In this document: piece by piece, positions 13,801 to 26,900 of the stretch
How the letters are laid out: each line of letters begins with the position of its first letter
Position numbering within the stretch: position 1 is the first letter of the stretch
DNA from: Perna viridis
Taxonomy: Eukaryota
DNA: 64,000 nucleotides
Direction: 5' to 3'
NCBI GenBank assembly: GCA_037379345.1
Contig: CM074520.1
Location: forward strand, 35,622,664-35,686,663
The notes under the pieces: model-generated
The model's database searches: none
What the model was told of the DNA's origin: nothing
What the model saw: only the letters and a program-made list of their open reading frames with translations
Translations under genes and position numbers: made by a program

Positions 13801-16800
13801 CTAAATTGGTACTCCATGAACAAAAGTGCTTTCACAGTACCATACATATATATGGTCAAAATAAAAACAAAGTGATCAAACAAGAAGTTGACTGTTGCTT
13901 CAGTCTAAAATCAATTCCCATGATACATATACAAAAGCTTCTGTCAAAATATCAAGTGGCTATTTTAACAAAAAAGATGTGGAAGGCCAAACTGTAGGAC
14001 GAACAGACACCATGATTACTATATATTCCCTGCTTAAGAAGCCTTTTTTTCTTAAATAAAGCTCATTACCTGGGTAATAAAAGCCATCTTTATCATTCCT
14101 GGCAATAACACTCTGACCCTTCAATGTATCAAGGACTCTTCGAATAATGGTCGGGTTGAACTGGATCCTGTCCATCTTACTGTCATACACTTTCTCTGAG
14201 TGAGACTTCATCACATGACTTAGACTCTAAAAATAACAAAATACTCATTAAAAACTTCTGTTGAAAGCTGCTTCATTATCATTAAGCTTTATGAAAATGT
14301 TCTATTAAAAACTTCTGTTGAAAGCTGCTTCATTATCATTAAGCTTTATGAAAATGTTCTACATTAAAGAAGGTTAAATCACCCTAACAGTCATTCAATT
14401 CATGTTTAAATTTTGCTGCAATTTCTAAGAATTTTACAAGGCTAGAAAGGCAGAGGACACTTACCCTACCGGTGCACCTGGTCCATGCTCCCAGTTTTTA
14501 GTGGAGTCCGAGTTGCTCTTTTGCTTTTGTTAATTTGTATGTATGATTTTAGTTACTTTATGTTCTTTGTTGTGTATGTCTGTTTTCCATGTCTGGTCTT
14601 TGTCCCTGGATTGCATTCTTTTGATTACTGCTATAACCTTGGTTCCCTTGATTACTCTCTCTATTACATATAGGTAAGATCATTGTTTCACTTTTATTTT
14701 TTTACCTTTGACAGTAAAATTAATTAGGACTACATAGCTACTCAAGCTTTCATCAGAACAACTTTCATCAAAATCAACCAAGGAATATTTGAACCTGCTA
14801 AGAAGCCAATTTGAAAGCTAGAATAAAAATTGAAAGGATATTGAATTCTATAATCCTCAATCCCTTCATTGCTTTCCTGAAAGGAGGGGTAAGATAATAT
14901 AGGGAACCCACACTTGACAGATTCAAGTCATCCAATTAGAATTATGGTGAGTATGTGAAACAAGACTGCCATGCAAGTGAATAACATGCCACTAACAAAA
15001 TCCTTAAATTGAAAGACAAAAATGTATCAATGATGATAACTGTTATTCTGTATTCCTTATTACTTGTTTCTTGGCATTTGGTGGATGACTATCTCATTCG
15101 CAATCATACCACATCTCCTATTTTATATTGTAAAATGTAGGCTATGTACTAATTTCTACTATTCTAAGTTTGATGGGTTTTCACACAAAATGAAAAGTAG
15201 GAAATCTTTAACCATTTTTCTCAAATCTACATCTGAATGGCACCTTGTTGAAGTGTGCCAAACACTTCATTTTAAAAGCAAATTTAAGTAATGAAAATTT
15301 TCAGCTCTACAATTTCAAATGTGTGGCAGTTATAATTTTGTTAGTAAGAACACAGATTAGCAGTCTCACATATATCTATGTATTATCATTATGAACTATC
15401 ATATTGGAAAAGTAGTTACCTAATAATTAATTGGTCAAGAGTCACAATATACATGAAAGAAGAAAGTTGAATGAACACTGTCAGATCCAGGGGATTTCTG
15501 GGTTGGATCTTCCTTTTTGTTGTAACATTTGTAGATTTTGTGCAAAATCTGGGCAGAAATGAGCAAATGACAGCCTGAAACCCCTCCATTCTTTAACATT
15601 GATTTCATGACACACCCCTGCATAGTATGAACTTGTAGTTTCTCTAAAATGTCTGAATTTGGAAAAAAAAAACATTTAAGGGTGAAGAAAAACAGTCAAA
15701 CAGTATACAGAAAAACTTACCCCATTTGATTCTGTTCTGTTTTTCAGAATCTTTTTACATGCATTCCCATTTCTGTTAACTTCATCATAATATTTCAGTA
15801 TGAAATCTTTATAATGATTTTTTAAATGTAATCCCTCTAATTTCTCCTCCATTTCCATTTTCTTCAGAATTTTATATCTATAATAATTGTTGCTGACTTT
15901 GTGTAGAAGTGATTGGTAGTGCTAAAAAGGTGATAACAACGTCAATATTGGATTTACCATGCATTGATTACACATGTAATATTTCTATTGTGGAATGTCT
16001 GTAGATTCTATTGCCCAAAATAAATAAAAACGAAACAAAAAAAAAATGAAACTTTTTTTATGTGTTTGTTTAATTTGTTGTGGATTTTCCTGACTTGGAA
16101 TTTACCTGTGTGTATAGTAAAAATTGAAAGTCAAAGTAAAAAATTATTTACTTGTTCAAAATAATGTTGGATACAAAAAAAATTGAAACCTCATATCTCT
16201 GTGTGCCAATTTATTTGGTTTGAGAGAGTAAAGAATTGACTATCCATAAGAAAACAGCAGAAAACAAATGTACTTGTAAACATAAAAAAAACAAATCTGG
16301 TAAAAAGGAACACTGTATTTCAAAGTTAATGTTATTCTATCTAGACAAATCTGTGATGACTATGTTCACTTCTCAGAGTACATCATCACCCAGCAGAAAA
16401 CAAATTATGTGGTATACCTCAATATATGCTCATTGAAAAAAAGATAAAATTAAAAAAAATATATACCCTAAAAAAGTATTTCTTATAGTATTTAATAGAA
16501 AAAGGGTGTAACAAATATATTGGTCTTAACAGTTAAGATTTGCTAATATTGATTATTAGCTGTGAATTAACTAGATGTGTCCTTCTGATGTAGTGAACAT
16601 TAAATTAATTCCAGAGGTGTTAATTACATTAAGGTAAAGATACCTCATAGTGTGAAATTACATTTAGGTGTGAAAAAAAAACGAATCAATCAATAAATCA
16701 TGCAGGAATATTATGTACTCGGTATCTTTTATAATATACAAATGTAGGAAAAACAATATAGATGGTAAATCAAGGATTTTGTAATTAATTAGAGCATTTT

Positions 16801-17960
16801 TTTTAAAATTTAGTGAAAGTTATCTTCCCTATAAGCAATGAGGATACATGTATTTTCAAACATGACTGAAAAAATTATTGCGTTTTATTAAGCATTGTTT
16901 TTAGTTTAGTTTTTGATCAGGTTATGCGACCATAACTTGGTCAAAAATTAAAAACAATCTTTATTGTTTAATTTCTAATTGATTAAAGTCAAAATTATGA
17001 TTTAATTTTCCCTTCATCGAAGCCTTATTTAGTTTGGAATTATTTAAATTGCTGACTGTGGCCCGATTGACGTTAACGACGTCCCAGTACCAAGTTTGTT
17101 TACGAAAAATAACCTACCAGGTATCTTGCCCAGATGAGAAATACACAATCAAATTAAATCATTCATCTAAATAGACAAGAAGCAATGAATGTTATTAATC
17201 TGACACTTAACTGTGCTATTAATTTCAATCAAAATGAAATGCATTTTAATGACAGTCTCACTGTAATAATACTGAAAGTCTTGTCAGGGATAATGTAAAT
17301 TTATTATAAACTAACCAGAAAAACCATTCCGATGGTTGTCATATAGTCCTGAAGATATGAACTACACATTTTAAGTTAAGGTTTGGGGTGGGACATATAT
17401 TGTAATCAGTAGTCTGAATTTTCATAGTCCAGATAATCATTTGCTGAGGCATTTTTTTTAACCAGGTAAGAGGCTACAGAGCAAAATGAAAATTAGCCTC
17501 CAATGAAGGCACAATGTTATTTGGAACTGCACATCTCCTGGCCTGCAGGGTAGGGTATATGAGATCACGGAGGCCTCCTTAAAATATCAGGAGAGAAACA
17601 GAGTGAACATAGAAATTTTAAAAAGAAAATCGCTAGAATAAATATTACCTCACATCTGCTCTAGATCTGTTCTTACAGAATAAATGCAGCCAAAGTATTG
17701 CAAAACTCGATGTCGACGATGAGTCGATCTGTTAACAAAACTGTTTGTCAATGCACCATTTCATTTCTTAACATTTTGACAAGACACTACTTGACATAAA
17801 ACCGTCACAATATTGATTTATAAAAAAAAAAAATTGACCGAAACCCAGTATTTTCAATTAAATTGAATTAAAATGGGTTTAAAATCGGAGTTGTTTATGT
17901 ATCGTCTTGGTGACTGACGAGTTGTCCTCCATTGACGTGAAAGGAAAAGATAACTCCATA

Positions 17961-17998
<38 letters not shown>

Positions 17999-20900
17999 CA
18001 AAACGCGGGAAATTCATATGAGTGTTTTTTTTTCAGTATGATGATTAAAGACTCTTATCATGATTATAATGCTTATATTATGAACAACGTAAAATAAAAA
18101 TGAAACAAATTTAACATATCATTTTTAATTTAATGGGTGGCACTGCATGAATATCCATAATCCCAATAAATACAGGTCATGCATAAATAGTTTGTTTTAG
18201 GAAACAAAATCATTGCATCATTTTCACAATTTCTGCACACCATTTTTCATTTCCATACATCGTAATGAGTCAAATCTGAACGGCTACATAATAATGTATA
18301 TGTATGGTGATGAAAAATATTTTGTTTATATACAGATTAGTACAAGGATTAACTCCCTGTAACAGGACTGTCAAGTTTTCAGAACCCAAATATATATGAT
18401 TTATCAGAATTCTGAACAATAGATCTAAGGATCTTAAAGCAGAAATTAACTAATTTGACAGTCAGGCCAGTGTAAATACATATTTGACATGGGGGAATCA
18501 GTGAAGGGACTAAGTCAGATCTAGTGCAACTTATTACTAACAAGAAGTCACACACATAAAACTTTGAATGTAAATTTCCCTTTCTTGAATTCTTATATGT
18601 CAATACATGTATCAGCATACTGCATAAATGTCATTTTTATTGATTTTTATCAGTTAACATTTTGGTAACATGAATCATGTCAGTAATGCCAAACTTCTGT
18701 TTTAATGTTGTACACATCCTGCCAACAGTTGATTTCTGATTTTGTTTTCAAAACATTAGTTTGCAATTTGTTGAGTTACAAAATAAGCAACTTAATAGAA
18801 GTATTACAGTAATTCAAGGTTAAGCCATCACTTACAACCTTCAATCATACTTTAGAAAAAAATAATTTGAAAATAAGCATTGACCTAGTTATGCAGATTG
18901 GTATGCAACATCTAGTTGCAACTTTGTGTTTCTTGTGATGTGAAGCATAATGCAATTTTCAATCTGTAAATAAATGATTGTATTGTGATTTTGATCAATG
19001 CTGTAGCTGCACTCACATAGTAACAAGACTTGGTTGAAGACAAAAATAGTTTAAACCTGTCTAGACCAAAGCCCTATTGATCTGTACAATTGGTTTGGTT
19101 TAGACAAATGTTCAGTTTATCAAGGTCCAAAACACATTTAAATTGATACAGAGGGATTATAAAATGTGTCTGGTTAAGACAGGTTTTCAGATTATTCAGG
19201 ATTTGAATTAAGTCTGTATATCTCAGACACTTTTCAACAATTGATCTATTAGTATGGAGGCTTATTAATCAGACTATCCATAACGTAATTGATTAAGAAG
19301 CTGTTAATGAAGACACAGACAGTGAGCTGCAAGTGCCAATATTTGTTTCAAAAAATCTAATATGTAATTGATCACAAACTCGTGTTTTAAACTGAATGCT
19401 GGTTTTTAGTTTACTGAAGTGGTTAGAATGAAATAACCATATAGAAATGCTAGAAACTTAGAAAATAAAAGGGAAACAACTCTTTGGTCTGTAGTTGAGT
19501 TAAGGGAATTTTGAAAAATATACTTGGAGTAATCCACTTTGGATCAAGAGAAATCTGTTCTCTTTAATGTCATAGTGAGTTTAAAATTACATTTGAACAA
19601 AAACATAAATGGAATAAAACTTACTACATGCTGTCCACATCATAGGGTCTGCCTGATTTGTACATGGACATTCTCATAAGTATATGAATATACCAATGAA
19701 AGGTTTAAGTGTAACTGACTTCTAACTAACATTCAATATCTTTCATGCTATAGTATATAAAGTATATTGTATCAGCATGGTAGGATACTGATGATACATG
19801 TACCACTTAAATCCATTTGTAGTAAGGCTACAACTTTTACAAATAGCTCCTTCCCTCTTAGGCAAAGCCCAAAATCATATTATACTGATATCTTTCATTT
19901 GTGTTCATGTTCAGAATGTACTTTGATTGGTAAATACCAGGGAGATTTAAAACATGCTTTAATATTTTGAACTTTATTTGATAGAATTCTACATCTTGAG
20001 CAACAATTCTACATCTTCAAGGCAGCAACAAACAACAATAAACTAAGCATATCACAATTTATCATCCAATTTGATATCACAGATTATTTGGTATGACCTA
20101 CTGAAAATTGGACTTTGTTTCACATGTTTTATACATAAGAATTTATTAATTTGTGATGTTTAATCAGTCACTCTGGTTGATATATTAATATCTTTTCAAA
20201 CTTAACTTCTTCACTAATGGTTTGGTCCAATTATCACATTAAATCAAATTATTGTTCATGCTATTTCACTTTAGAAAATTTGGTATTGCTATGTAAAGGG
20301 AGATAATTTGCAAAAAAAAGTGTTACTAAAATGTCAAGTAGCCTAAATACCCTAAACAGTGCATAATACAGATTGAAACACAATACAACTTTCAGGAAAG
20401 TCACATATACATGAACTTGAATATATCAGCATAAAAGCAATTTGAAGTTATATTGTAAGCTCTCTTTACAATGTAACCGTCATTTGAAACTTTGTATATG
20501 TGTAAATTTATTTTGAAATTCTAGCCATTATTTGAAATAGCAATCAGCATCACCTATGCACAATAAGTAAAGTCACTTTAATTTATTTTTGCATGAATTT
20601 AATGCTTAATTTTTTAAATTAAATTAAGAATCTGTTTCTGTAATAAATAGTTATGAATAAGATTTATTCTCTATATAAGACTGTAGGTAGTGGAGTATAA
20701 TTTATCAATTCCTCTGAATATTGACAATAATGCAGTTTAAAACCACTCATATCCTATAAAACCATATAAATCTGGCATAAATAAAAAAAATATCCCAGAT
20801 TCTTTTTCTGACTGTCTTAAAACTCTTGAATCTTTGACTTCAAAGCTAAATTAAAATAGGTTTTTGATTAATAATATTGTTAAAAGTATTATATTTTGCA

Positions 20901-23900
20901 TTATAATGCAGTGACAACAAGGTAAAACTTCACTATAAATACATGTATAGAAAAAATCCTGTATGTATAATTCCTATATCCATAAAAAAGATTGAAAATG
21001 ATTTAAGTTAAAAATGAATAGCAAAATTATCTAAGAAAACATCTGATGCATGACAACCTCCACCAAATGAAACTGTTAATTAAAAAGCAAACAACCTTCA
21101 TTTAAAGATCATCCAATATGTTGCCTTACTAGTTTTCTTAAATCATGGGATTATCAAGAGCTATTAGTTACATTTAAATTTATTAATAACATTAACATAG
21201 GAATAAGTCACTTTGTATCCCCACCCATTTGACTTGATATTTCATATGTAAATACATAAAAAAGAAGTGGACAAGAAATAATTACACTCCATGTACATAA
21301 ATTTGACAGTTTCACTAAAGGAAAATCAGAATACAACTTCAGCATATAAAATATGCCAAGCAGACATCTAATTTAAAAAAAAACAAACAACATAAATACC
21401 AGGTACATACAAATCTGATTTCTATTGGAAAAAAGTTACTAAAATTTTTTTTTAAGTCTAGATAAAAATAATAAAAAAAAAAACATGAGTATAAAGGCTA
21501 AAAAAAGCACTATGAATTTAACCTATTACATGTATTATGCTGAAAAGGAAATACTACAAAATGTAAAAAATATTGGAAACCTCCTTAAATGTCCATAAAC
21601 TATTTAAAATCTACTTAGTGGTGGTAAAAGTTTTACTGGGGAGTCTTACTGTAAATTTTTATAAAACCTCTTTTACGACTATATAGTAACATGAATAACA
21701 TTTTTTAAGTTATAATGCACTGAGAGAGGACACCTCAAACAGGATGGCACAGCCTACCAACGCCTCGACCAAAGGAACCCCAGACAGACTGTAATGATAC
21801 ATCTCTTGAGGCTTCAAAATTTAGCAAATTTTTATCTTAAAAATAAATGATAAAAATGAACAAACAAAGTGTGCCCGCTCTAAATCAGCCATATAAATTT
21901 CTTGAAGAGCAAACTACAAAATATCATATCAGACAAGCATTTTAATACATGGCTGTATTAAGGGAAAATGCAATATCAAGAAGAACATAATTGACATGCA
22001 TAATACTGATACAAGAACAAACTGACTAGCTTCTACTGTATCTAACACTAACAATATAGTCTTTGACACAATACAAGTGTGTACAATACATATAAAATGT
22101 GTAAATAAAGATAAAAATATATAAAATTGCAAATAAAAATGATTCAAATGTGTCACATACACTGTTAATGGACAAACTTGAATAACATATTCTCCACACA
22201 GTTTCCCAAAACATATAATTGAGAAATAACAAGGAAATATCCATCCTGCACACTGGCAGGTTATAAATGCATTACACAGAACATTTACAACAATCTTTTT
22301 AAGTTCAAATATCCAAACAATAAACAATAAAAAAAACCACATAAACATTACTTACACATGTATTCTGTAAGGTCTCATTATAGCATCTAAAAGCACCTAT
22401 AAATATCAAAAAAACATGCACAAGAAGAAGCTAGACTTCACAGTACATTTACCTGATTCAAACTCTTACTCTTAGACCCAATCTTTATCTTACATTGAAT
22501 TTGTGTCTACCTCAGGTCATCTTTTTGTTTTGATTTATATTTATAACCACTGTAACCTACACCTACAGAATGTACATATATAATTTTCTAACACTACCAT
22601 GCAATATTATTAATCATAAGACCAAATATACAATATACATTTACATGTTGTGGGATTGTTTATCAACATGCATTGTTCTAAATTGTTAAACTAACATGAC
22701 ATCTGGCAGTCATAACAATACATTTAGCATTTTACATATAGTATTCTTTTTCTCCAACTATATAACAAAGCCAGTTTTTACAGCATGCCAAGCTCCTTCT
22801 GCTCCATTCATGTGTGACTAACCTCAAAGAAATCATGTGTACTTCTGTCTGTTAGGCTTGAGGCTATGCTTGCTTTATCATCATAGACATTCAGTTCTTC
22901 TTCATCTTTCTTATCCCTGCTTCTGTCACTTCTCACACTGCGGTCACCTTTGTCACTCCTCACACTCCGGTCAGCCTTGTCACTTTTGTCACTCCTCACA
23001 CTTCTATCACCTTTGTCACTGTGAGAACTTTTAGAACCCTTTTTACTATGGTCGCTATCACTGTCACTGTCGCTAGAACTTGGTGAGTATGATCCTGACT
23101 TTTCTCGCTCATCCATGTCCATTACCCTCTCCAATAAATTGTCATAGCTGTCTTTTCGACGAGGATCAGCAGCTCTACGGAGATCTTTTGATTGCTGTAG
23201 GAAGTTGTTTGCTCTATTTATTTCCTCTTCTAGTAGAAGAATATCATTTTCTTTGATAGGCCATCCAGCATGGTCCAGTGCATCAAGAAGTTCATTGCGA
23301 TGTTCAACAAAAGGTATTGGCTTATCTGAATCAAATCTGTCAAAAATAATCCCTTATTATTAAAAGAACAATCTCAAATATATGGACTGGTTACCCAAAC
23401 AGTATATTGTATAATTTAGAAGGGACTAAATGAACTCATTCCTTATAAAATACACTTTTTTACATTTTTGGGAATGACAATGCATAAAGATATGTATTCA
23501 TATTTTCCTGAAATTGCATCTTCTCAAGCAGAAAGTGTCATGCAAACAGAAAAGCAAAATAAAATAAAAATTAATCAATACCTAACATCTTACTGAATAT
23601 TTGTATAATAAAATTGATTGTCAAAATATTTTTTGTCTGAAGGAAAAAAAGAAACCAATGAAAGTTATTTCCCCTTTTTATGTTGCTTTCTTCCAGGAAA
23701 AAATCAGCAAATAGGATGGTTTTTAAAATTCAATATAAAAAATTACATGCATGTCAATCTACAACTAACAAGCCAAGTACCTATAATAAACATCTTGTAT
23801 CTTTAAAAGTGATAAACTTACTTCTTGCGAGATTCTTCTGGTAAAGATTCCCAAACAATTTTGTTCAGTCGTCTGAAAAATAAATAAATACATAAATTTT

Positions 23901-26900
23901 GTCATTTCTGACATAAATAAATGAGTTTGAATAGTAACAACAAAATTATTTACAATGATGCTTTAATTATTTAACATGTGTAATTAGAATCACAGTTTAA
24001 CATAATATTTATCATAACAGTCAAGTACATGTACCCTGGTCAACCACAGGGTAAACTTCCAGCAATGACTTTCTCAAGACCTTACAGTACATTACCTGTG
24101 GTATGGTAATATAGCTTTGTTCTAATGGAAAGTGTTCCTCCAGTACATTACCTGTGGTATGGTACTGTAGCTTTGTGTAATGGAAAGTGTTCCTCCAGTA
24201 CATTACCCGTGGTATGGTACTATAGTTTTGTGTAATGGAAAGTGTTCCTCCAGTACATTACCCGTGGTATGGCACTATAGCTTTGTGTGATGGAAAGTGT
24301 TCCTCCAGTACATTACCCGTGGTATGGCACTATAGATTTGTGTGATGGAAAGTGTTCCTCCAGCACATTACCCGTGGTATGGTACTATAGCTTTGTGTAA
24401 TGGAAAGTGTTCCTCCAGCGCATTACCCGTGGTATGGTACTATAGCTTTGTGTAATGGAAAGTGTTCCTCCAGTACATTACCCGTGGTATGGTACTATAG
24501 CTTTGTGTAATGGAAAGTGTTCCTCCAGTACATTACCCGTGGTATGGTACTATAGCTTTGTGTAATGGAAAGTGTTCCTCCAGTACATTACCCGTGGTAT
24601 GGTACTATAGCTTTGTGTAATGAAAAGTTTTCCTCCAGTACATTACCACTGGTATGGTACTATAGCTTTGTGTAATGGAAAGTTTTCCTCCAGTACATTA
24701 CCCATGGTATGGTACTATACTTTGTGTAATGGAAAGTGATTCTGCAGTACATTACCTGTGGTATGATACAATAGCTTTGTGTAACTTTTTTTCATATCCA
24801 TGTAAATCAACTGCTGCAGGATTGATCAAGGTCATATTAGGCTTCCTACTGGACACATGGGCAATCGGTAGAATCTGTAACATAAACCATTTTTACAAAT
24901 AAGCTGTGGATCAGTCTGTACATTGCTTGATACTCAGTTTCAATGAAAAAATAAAAAAATAAAAAATGTCTTTATTGTTTTACTCTGGGACTGATCAAAG
25001 TTTGGTGCAGTTCAACTAACTTTATTAATAAAATCCCTCATGGTATCCAATTCTCTCCTATTCTTGAGGAGCAAACAGAGTTGAGTGACAGAACCACTGA
25101 ATTATTCGGGGAACTGTTCAACACTTTGATTACAACCAAATTTCTGTGTCTATTTGTTCTTTTAAGGACGTGGACATAGGGTAAGGGACACAACTCTTAA
25201 AAATCATTAGAGCGTTTGTATTCAACATTTTACATCAATGCCATGTAAGCATCAATGTAACTTAGATTAATTTCATTCTGTGTCAAATGAAAGCTTGATA
25301 GCCTTTGGTGAAATTAAATATGATATAAACATATCACTGACTTCATAAGTTATGTCCCTTACCCTAGGTCTACCTCCTTAAAGCAAGATTAAAATACAGA
25401 AGTACCCATGGTATCACATTGCATCATAAGAACATCTTTAGCACATTCAATTGGTACAACTATTTATAAAGACCAACTTTGATCACATTCACTAACCTCG
25501 TCAAACACCTTAGATAATATATGTTTGTCTAAAATTGGCACATATTTAGCCCGTCTTGGAATGAATGTTGGAGCTAAGGCATCCAGGATGGTCAATTTCT
25601 TGGCAACTAGTCCATGTTTACTCAACCATATCTTAGAAGATGTCTCTTTTGCTCTGTCAAAAAAAAAAGAAATAATGTTTCAACAGTAAAAAGGATTCTT
25701 CTCAGATCCTTAAATTTTCTCATGATCTGATCAGTTCCATTAATATGATATTTTAAATATTAATGTAATACTACGAAGAATGGTTCTGTCTGAGCTAAGG
25801 GAAAGGAGATATACCTTTGGACAAGCAAAATGCAAGGCAAAATACAGAGAGAAATAGATACAATTTGTTGGGGACTTCTATCCCACTTGATTTGTAGAGC
25901 AAAGATGGGGTGAGATATGAAATTGAAATCACTTTTATAATGGGAAAATAAAATATGCTTAAGTGAACTTATCTAGTAGGTCATTACAAAGAAATCTGAG
26001 TATAGAATAGATTTGTGGAAAATGTACAATCTTTTTCTCATATGATTGTATTAAAAAAATATGATTTAAGGGAATATATCACTTCAAGTATAGTGAAACC
26101 CTTCTTAAATGAACTTCAATGAGAGAAATAAATGGTGGTCACATTAGACAGTCTTTATCCCATGTAGTGGGAAATTCTCATGAGGTTCTAATTTTTCTCT
26201 ATATTTACAAGGATTGGGAAATTGCAAAAATAAAAGCTCATCAATTTAAGACCAGATATTTAACAGTTATCTCCTTTAAACCGTCTCTCTGGACAAGAAA
26301 AATAAAGACAGAAACAATTTAATAACCCTATACATGGAGAAAATTGCAAAATTTGGCACCCTATATACGATATATGGTAATCTAACACATAGCATGCAGG
26401 GATATTTTAATCATAGTCTAATAAGACAGGTTATTAAGCCAGCAAGACGGGTTATTGTTGAATCCAGGGGTTACTGTGACAGTAAGACTGGTAATGGTTG
26501 AATCCAGGGGTAACAAAGACAGTAAGATGAGTTATGGTCGAATCCAGGGGTAACTATGATAGTAAGACAGGTTATTGTTGCATGCAGGGGTTACTAAGAC
26601 GGTAAGATGGGTTATTGTTGAATCCAGGGGTTACTAAGACAGTAAGACGGGTTATTGTTGAATCCAGGGGTTACTAAGACAGTAAGACTGGTTATGGTTA
26701 AATCCAGGGGTTACTGTGACAGTAAGACAGGTTATTGTTGAATCCAGGGGTTACTAAGACAAAAAGACAGGATACTGTTGAATCCAGGGGTTACTGTGAC
26801 AGTAAGGCGGGTTATGGTTGAATCCAGGGGTTACAAAGACAGTAAAACGGGTTATGCTTGAATCCAGGGGTTACAAAGACAGTAAGACCGGTTATGGTCG

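Noticed and set aside
21929-22348. 139-aa hydrophobic ORF
   Set aside because: U-rich low-complexity, UTR-like composition, no recognisable motif and no supporting splice sites.
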